DNA of 21,259 nucleotides from Candidatus Hydrothermarchaeales archaeon (GTDB lineage Archaea > Hydrothermarchaeota > Hydrothermarchaeia > Hydrothermarchaeales > JAZGAD01), in NCBI GenBank assembly GCA_036444275.1, contig JAZGAD010000027.1, forward strand, positions 1-21,259, read 5' to 3'. Both the position numbers and the translations under genes were made by a program. The notes under the pieces are model-generated. The model made no database searches, was not told the DNA's origin, and saw only the letters and a program-made list of their open reading frames with translations. This document shows, piece after piece, positions 17,072 through 21,259 of the stretch. Position 1 is the first letter of the stretch. The number at the start of each line of letters is the position of its first letter.

Positions 17072-19009
17072 ATGCTTGAGCTTAAATATAGGGACGCCAT
17101 GGGCAGGATCTGTCTATTGGATTTTGGAAAAGGCAAAGTCTTGGAAACGCCTGCCATCCTGCCGGTGATTAGTCCCAAAGTCCAGCAAGTCTCTACTAGA
17201 GAAATCAAGGAGATGGGTTTCCAGGGAGTTATAACGAACTCATATATCATCTATAGGGACGCTGCACTAAGAGAGAAAGCTTTAAAAAAAGGCGTGCACA
17301 AGCTCATAGGCTTCGACGACTTTGTCATGACTGACTCCGGCTCCTACCAGCTCTATGGCTATGGAAAGGTTGAGATAGCGCCTGAGGAGATAGTCAGATT
17401 CCAAGCAGCCATAGGAAGCGATATGGGCGTGATCCTAGACATACCAACGCCCCCTGATGCCCCTCGTGATAAGGCAGAGGCAGATGTAAAGGAGACCTTG
17501 AAGAGAGCGGAAAAAGCCTTAGATGTAAAGGGGGATATGCCTTTAGCAGGGACAGTGCAGGGATCAACATATCCAGAGTTGCGAGAGGAGGCGGCAAAGG
17601 GGTTAAGCAAATTGCCCCTTGACCTGTACCCGATAGGTGGAGTTGTACCTCTAATGGGAAACTATAGGTTCGCTGACCTAGCCAGGGTGGTACTACATTC
17701 TAAAAAGCACTTGCCTTTAGAGAAGCCTGTCCATCTCTTTGGCTGCGGGCACCCAATGGTCTTTGCCTTCGCAGTAGCATTGGGCTGCGACTTATTCGAT
17801 TCAGCTGCTTATGCGCTCTACGCCGAAGACGACAGGTACATAACGCCGGACGGAACTCTGAGGCTCAGCAAGCTCTATGAATTCCCGTGCAGCTGCGAGG
17901 TATGCACACAGTACTCCCCAAAGGAACTCAGAGAGCTGGATAAGGAGGATAGAGTAACGCTTCTTTCAAGACACAATCTCTCAGCTACTATGCAGGAGCT
18001 GCGCAGGGTTAAGCAGAGCATCCATGACGGATCCCTCTGGGAGCTTGTAGAACGTAGGGGCAGAAGCCATCCATATCTCTTAGACGGGTTGAAGGCAGCC
18101 TTGGAGTATCCCTATATTGAGGAGTTCGACCCAATAACGAAGGGCTCTGCTTTCTTCTACTCCGGTGCTGAGTCTCTGCGCAGACCAGAGGTGGTAAGGC
18201 ACCTTCGGAGGCTTAAGGAGATAGAATTCAAAGCTGAGAAGCTGGCGTTGCTGCCATGGTTAGGAAAGCCCTATTCCAAGTTATATGGCACCTCTAGCAA
18301 TCTAGAATATCACGTATGCGTGGCATCGCCTGTCTTCGGCATTATACCCCTAGAACTAGAAGAGGTCTACCCGTTGAGTCAGCACGAGGCACCAACACAG
18401 CTAGATTCAGACCAGAGGGCGTTCATGAGGACAGAGGTGAAGAAGTACTCAGAGGCTTTCCAAGAGGTATACGTACACAAAGATTTGAAGGGGCTAGAAG
18501 TTAAAGGGGAGCGCTTCGAGGATGCATCTTTTGGCAAGGGTGATGATGAAGTAAAACTGAGAGCGATAGCTGATTATCAATTCGGCAGGGGCGCTGGAAA
18601 GATGCTTATCCGAGATGTCGAAGTGGAGCGCGCGAGGAATGGAAGGATAAGGAGGATACATTCCAAAGGCGAATTACTTGCTACTTTACGGGCCTCTGAC
18701 GGCATCCTAGTGCCGACCGCTAAAGGCGCTGAACGGCTCCTGAAGATGACTTCTCCCAAGAATAGAGTAGTGGTGAGAGACGATATTACAGAATTCGTAA
18801 GAGACGGTAAGAGCGTATTCGCGAAATTCGTCTCGATGTGCGACCTAAAGATACGCCCCTACCAAGAAGTCCTGGTGGTAGACAAGGAGGATGCACTGCT
18901 CGCTACTGGAAGGGCTATTCTAAACGGCAGAGAGATGCTGGCATTCGAAAGGGGTATAGCAGTTAAAGTAAGACACAAAGGCGATAAAGAACATGAAGGG
19001 CTAGGCTAG
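17072..19009 (+). CDS. tgtA: tRNA-guanine(15) transglycosylase (archaeosine TGT) with C-terminal PUA domain
   Basis: ETPAILPV, ITNSYII, MTDSGSYQL, GGVVPLM, HLFGCGHP, DLFDSAAY, zinc site CSCEVC...HNL, ADYQFG and PUA GKSVFAKFV. TTTATAAT at 17041-48 upstream. Confidence 0.96.
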   Translation: MLELKYRDAMGRICLLDFGKGKVLETPAILPVISPKVQQVSTREIKEMGFQGVITNSYIIYRDAALREKALKKGVHKLIGFDDFVMTDSGSYQLYGYGKVEIAPEEIVRFQAAIGSDMGVILDIPTPPDAPRDKAEADVKETLKRAEKALDVKGDMPLAGTVQGSTYPELREEAAKGLSKLPLDLYPIGGVVPLMGNYRFADLARVVLHSKKHLPLEKPVHLFGCGHPMVFAFAVALGCDLFDSAAYALYAEDDRYITPDGTLRLSKLYEFPCSCEVCTQYSPKELRELDKEDRVTLLSRHNLSATMQELRRVKQSIHDGSLWELVERRGRSHPYLLDGLKAALEYPYIEEFDPITKGSAFFYSGAESLRRPEVVRHLRRLKEIEFKAEKLALLPWLGKPYSKLYGTSSNLEYHVCVASPVFGIIPLELEEVYPLSQHEAPTQLDSDQRAFMRTEVKKYSEAFQEVYVHKDLKGLEVKGERFEDASFGKGDDEVKLRAIADYQFGRGAGKMLIRDVEVERARNGRIRRIHSKGELLATLRASDGILVPTAKGAERLLKMTSPKNRVVVRDDITEFVRDGKSVFAKFVSMCDLKIRPYQEVLVVDKEDALLATGRAILNGREMLAFERGIAVKVRHKGDKEHEGLG

Positions 19010-19021
19010 TCTGGCACTACT

Positions 19022-19264
19022 CTAAACAACGGCTTCTTCTTCACTGGGTTTTACCAAGAATTTGATCGATGGGATCTCACCCTTTTTCAGCTGGACGTTG
19101 AACTTTTCGAAACCGACCACTTCCCCTGTTTTAACGTCTTTCTTGATCAAGAATTCCTCTTCTGGCTCCTCGCAGATCGCCTCTCTGGGTTCTCCGAACC
19201 AAACGTCAAGGGTATTTCCAACTGGGTCGAAGACTACTAAGACTTCTTTTGATTTCTTTGCCAT
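19022..19264 (-). CDS. DUF2283-like small acidic protein, putative antitoxin
   Basis: VVFDPVGNTLDVWF...KKDVKTGEVVGFE fits the DUF2283 pattern (YDxxxDxLYI...G.vvG.E). Overlaps the upstream basic ORF. Confidence 0.75.
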   Translation of the reverse strand: MAKKSKEVLVVFDPVGNTLDVWFGEPREAICEEPEEEFLIKKDVKTGEVVGFEKFNVQLKKGEIPSIKFLVKPSEEEAVV

Positions 19265-19578
19265 ATCACGTTCCCTCTCTTTATTTTATCAGCAAGGTAT
19301 GCGGTTACTATGAATCCTTCACCGTTCAGTTGCTTAATCAGCACACAAACATAACGATTCTCTAAGTTCTTGTACCGCCTGTAATAAAGCTGAACCTTTG
19401 GATCTTTCCTGCTTTTCCTGATTTCATCAGGCTCCCTTAGCGTCTCTTTTACCTCTTTTTCGTATCTCTTGATTATCGGATGCTTGGATTCTACGATGAG
19501 CGTCCAGTATTCCTCTGTTGTCCTTATAGTTATGCCCAGGGGCGTTTTAACCTTCAATATTATCCTGCCTTTTATCAC
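19237..19578 (-). CDS. DUF4258/BECR (RelE-like fold) putative ribonuclease toxin
   Basis: TPLGITIRTTEEYW...KHP...TLREPDEIRKSRKDP...LYYR...GFIVTAY; a basic protein paired with a DUF2283-like gene. GTG start, GAGG RBS and a minus-strand AAAAAG-TTTTATA promoter at about 19625-19637. Confidence 0.72.
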   Translation of the reverse strand: MIKGRIILKVKTPLGITIRTTEEYWTLIVESKHPIIKRYEKEVKETLREPDEIRKSRKDPKVQLYYRRYKNLENRYVCVLIKQLNGEGFIVTAYLADKIKRGNVIWQRNQKKS

Positions 19579-19910
19579 ATAAATACCTCAATAGGCCTGG
19601 CCTGTTGGTGTATCTGGCAGGGGGTATAAAACTTTTTATGGAATTGGTCAGGAAAAGAATGGACAGAGGTGTTGAACCTACACAAGAGCTAGATTAGTCC
19701 CAGTAGATGTATGCCACCTATGGAAGCCTTTGTTATCAAATTTGTTTAGCTTGCACCTGTATTTCCCCATCATAGCCAGAATTTCGAGGTCAACATTTAC
19801 TGATAATCGTTCCTAAGTTAAATGCCGCATTAAATCCTAAGGGGAAATGACTTTGATACAAACCCAATTTCAGAAAAACGGAAATAAAAGAGCTTAAAAT
19901 AACGATGATA

Positions 19911-20777
19911 TCAGAAACTATGGTGAACGGTCAAGAATTTCTTTTCTAAAATAAAAATAATGGAAAAACCGAGTGTGGCTGAAATCAAACCAGGTAAAAC
20001 TGAATCCATAGTAGTAACTATCTTTTGATAAGGGAGTCGTAATGCGCCCAACATCAAACCAATAAGAAAAAACATAGTGAATGATCTATATTTATTTAAT
20101 ATATATTCTACGACTCTCGAAAAAGATAAAATACCAATTAAAGCACCGAAACCAAATGTAAACATTTCCAAGAACTGCAAATTCTTCAGTACAAAGAGCA
20201 TATATTCATACTGGTTCAAGAAAAGCAATATGAATGCACCAGAAATTCCAGGTAATATCATTGCGCATATGGCTATGACACCAGAGAGAAAAATAACAGG
20301 TAAAGAATGCCCAATTTGTAGCGCGGCTAACCCCGTGAGTAGAAAGGCGAATAAAAATCCAATAATTAAAAATAAAACATTTTTGACAGACAAGCCATCC
20401 ACCTTTTTATAAATTAAAATTGTTGATGCCAGTATTAATCCAAAGAAGAAAGCGTATGTGGGGGCAGTAAAGTTTTGCAGAAAAAAATATATTATATTAG
20501 ACATGAGCCAAAGTGCTGAACCAATACCTGCAATCAATGGAATAAATAATTTAAAATCTATGTTTCTGATATTTTTATTTGCTTTATTGAGATCGCCTTT
20601 CAGAAAATATAAAATAAATTTAAAATCTATTTTACTTATCGAATGGACCAATCTTTCGTAAATACCAGTAATCAAGGCGATTGTCCCCCCAGAAACGCCT
20701 GGAATTATATCGGCTATTCCCATAAACAGCCCTTTCAGGAATATAATCAAAGTCTCTCTTAATTTCATATTATCCAT
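19911..20777 (-). CDS. DUF368 family membrane protein (PopT-type polyprenyl-phosphate transporter)
   Basis: KGLFMGIADIIPGVSGGTIALITGIYERL, FFFGLILAS, AICAMILPGISGAFILL, FLIGLMLGAL. Visibly more AT-rich than the rest of the window. Confidence 0.92.
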   Translation of the reverse strand: MDNMKLRETLIIFLKGLFMGIADIIPGVSGGTIALITGIYERLVHSISKIDFKFILYFLKGDLNKANKNIRNIDFKLFIPLIAGIGSALWLMSNIIYFFLQNFTAPTYAFFFGLILASTILIYKKVDGLSVKNVLFLIIGFLFAFLLTGLAALQIGHSLPVIFLSGVIAICAMILPGISGAFILLFLNQYEYMLFVLKNLQFLEMFTFGFGALIGILSFSRVVEYILNKYRSFTMFFLIGLMLGALRLPYQKIVTTMDSVLPGLISATLGFSIIFILEKKFLTVHHSF

Positions 20778-20846
20778 GTATCATATTACCTTTTTTTATA
20801 TTAATCATTATGGACATTGTTTTCCCAAAAATGGGTTCGGAATTTC

Positions 20847-20937
20847 TACTAACGGCCGGCGGGTATCTGAAGTTTGTAGAGTGAAGCAAATTTGGGCTGA
20901 ATGTCAAGGCCCGAAGCCAGATACCCGCTTGTTAAGC
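20847..20937. mobile_element. Integron attC-like recombination hairpin (solo)
   Basis: TACTAAC (20847-53) and GTTAAGC (20931-37) flank a perfect 11-bp inverted repeat GCGGGTATCTG (20859-69) / CAGATACCCGC (20918-28), with internal sub-hairpins. Total length 91 bp. Confidence 0.55.
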
Positions 20938-21182
20938 GGAGTTAGACCATTTTTATATCCAACCAAGAGGCAAAATTGAAAAACGCTTAATGCGGAAGAT
21001 GGGTAGATATAATCAATACAACTATCCTTGGCGGATATCCCTTGAAGGCTTCCAAAAGAGCGAGTTCTACAGCCATTTGACATCAATACAATCTCTGAAA
21101 ATATAAATATGCGCCACTAGCCCAAGTTATTCTATTCTTCCAGTTTTGATATTCTTTCCCTTTGATACAAAATGAAAGGTGG

Positions 21183-21259
21183 ATGATGAAGGAATTCTTA
21201 CCACGTTTGATCGCATGGGAAGTGACAGGCCGCTGCAATCTTAACTGTGTTCACTGTCG
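21183..21259 (+). CDS. Radical SAM protein, AhbD/NirJ-like, N-terminus only
   Basis: Not in the ORF track. Manual translation gives MMKEFLPRLIAWEVTGRCNLNCVHC(R): CxxxCxxC preceded by LIAWEVT, as in AhbD-type heme synthases. AGGTGG lies upstream. Confidence 0.75.
   Translation, partial: MMKEFLPRLIAWEVTGRCNLNCVHC

Noticed and set aside
19800-19845. Second attC closing a DUF368 cassette (GTTAAATGCCGCATTAAA)
   Set aside because: Only a short imperfect hairpin, with no matching AAC/GTT cores at attC spacing.
20776-21086. Short ORFs 20776-20979 (+) and 20904-21086 (-)
   Set aside because: They run across the attC-like hairpin and have no RBS or recognisable motifs; probably spurious or decayed sequence.

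Overview
Archaeal chromosomal segment. BRE/TATA promoters, GGTGA/GAGG Shine-Dalgarno sites, F420 genes, archaeosine TGT, Pth2 and a geranylgeranyl reductase point to a euryarchaeote-like host; something like Ca. Hydrothermarchaeota is a guess, not a determination. Gene order: partial trpE and trpC (-) with four 10-bp-phased TRP boxes; CBS protein-ferredoxin-DGGGPL reductase (+); pth2-truD (+); a five-gene lipid-carrier glycan operon (-: GT4, Wzy-like polymerase, beta-propeller lipoprotein, MraY/GPT-family phosphoglycosyltransferase, DUF354); cofE-cofD (-); archaeal tRNA methylthiotransferase (+); an RHH-like orphan; amt-glnK (+); a Cys-rich PadR regulator divergent from arsM, with three palindromic operator-like sites; tgtA (+); a DUF4258/DUF2283-type toxin-antitoxin pair (-); an AT-rich DUF368 (PopT) gene next to an integron attC-like hairpin; and the start of an AhbD/NirJ-like radical SAM gene. 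The best candidates for undescribed biology are the putative arsenic-sensing PadR-arsM module, the Wzy-type archaeal surface glycan operon and the solo attC-like element. All family calls come from motif recognition by eye; no searches were run.
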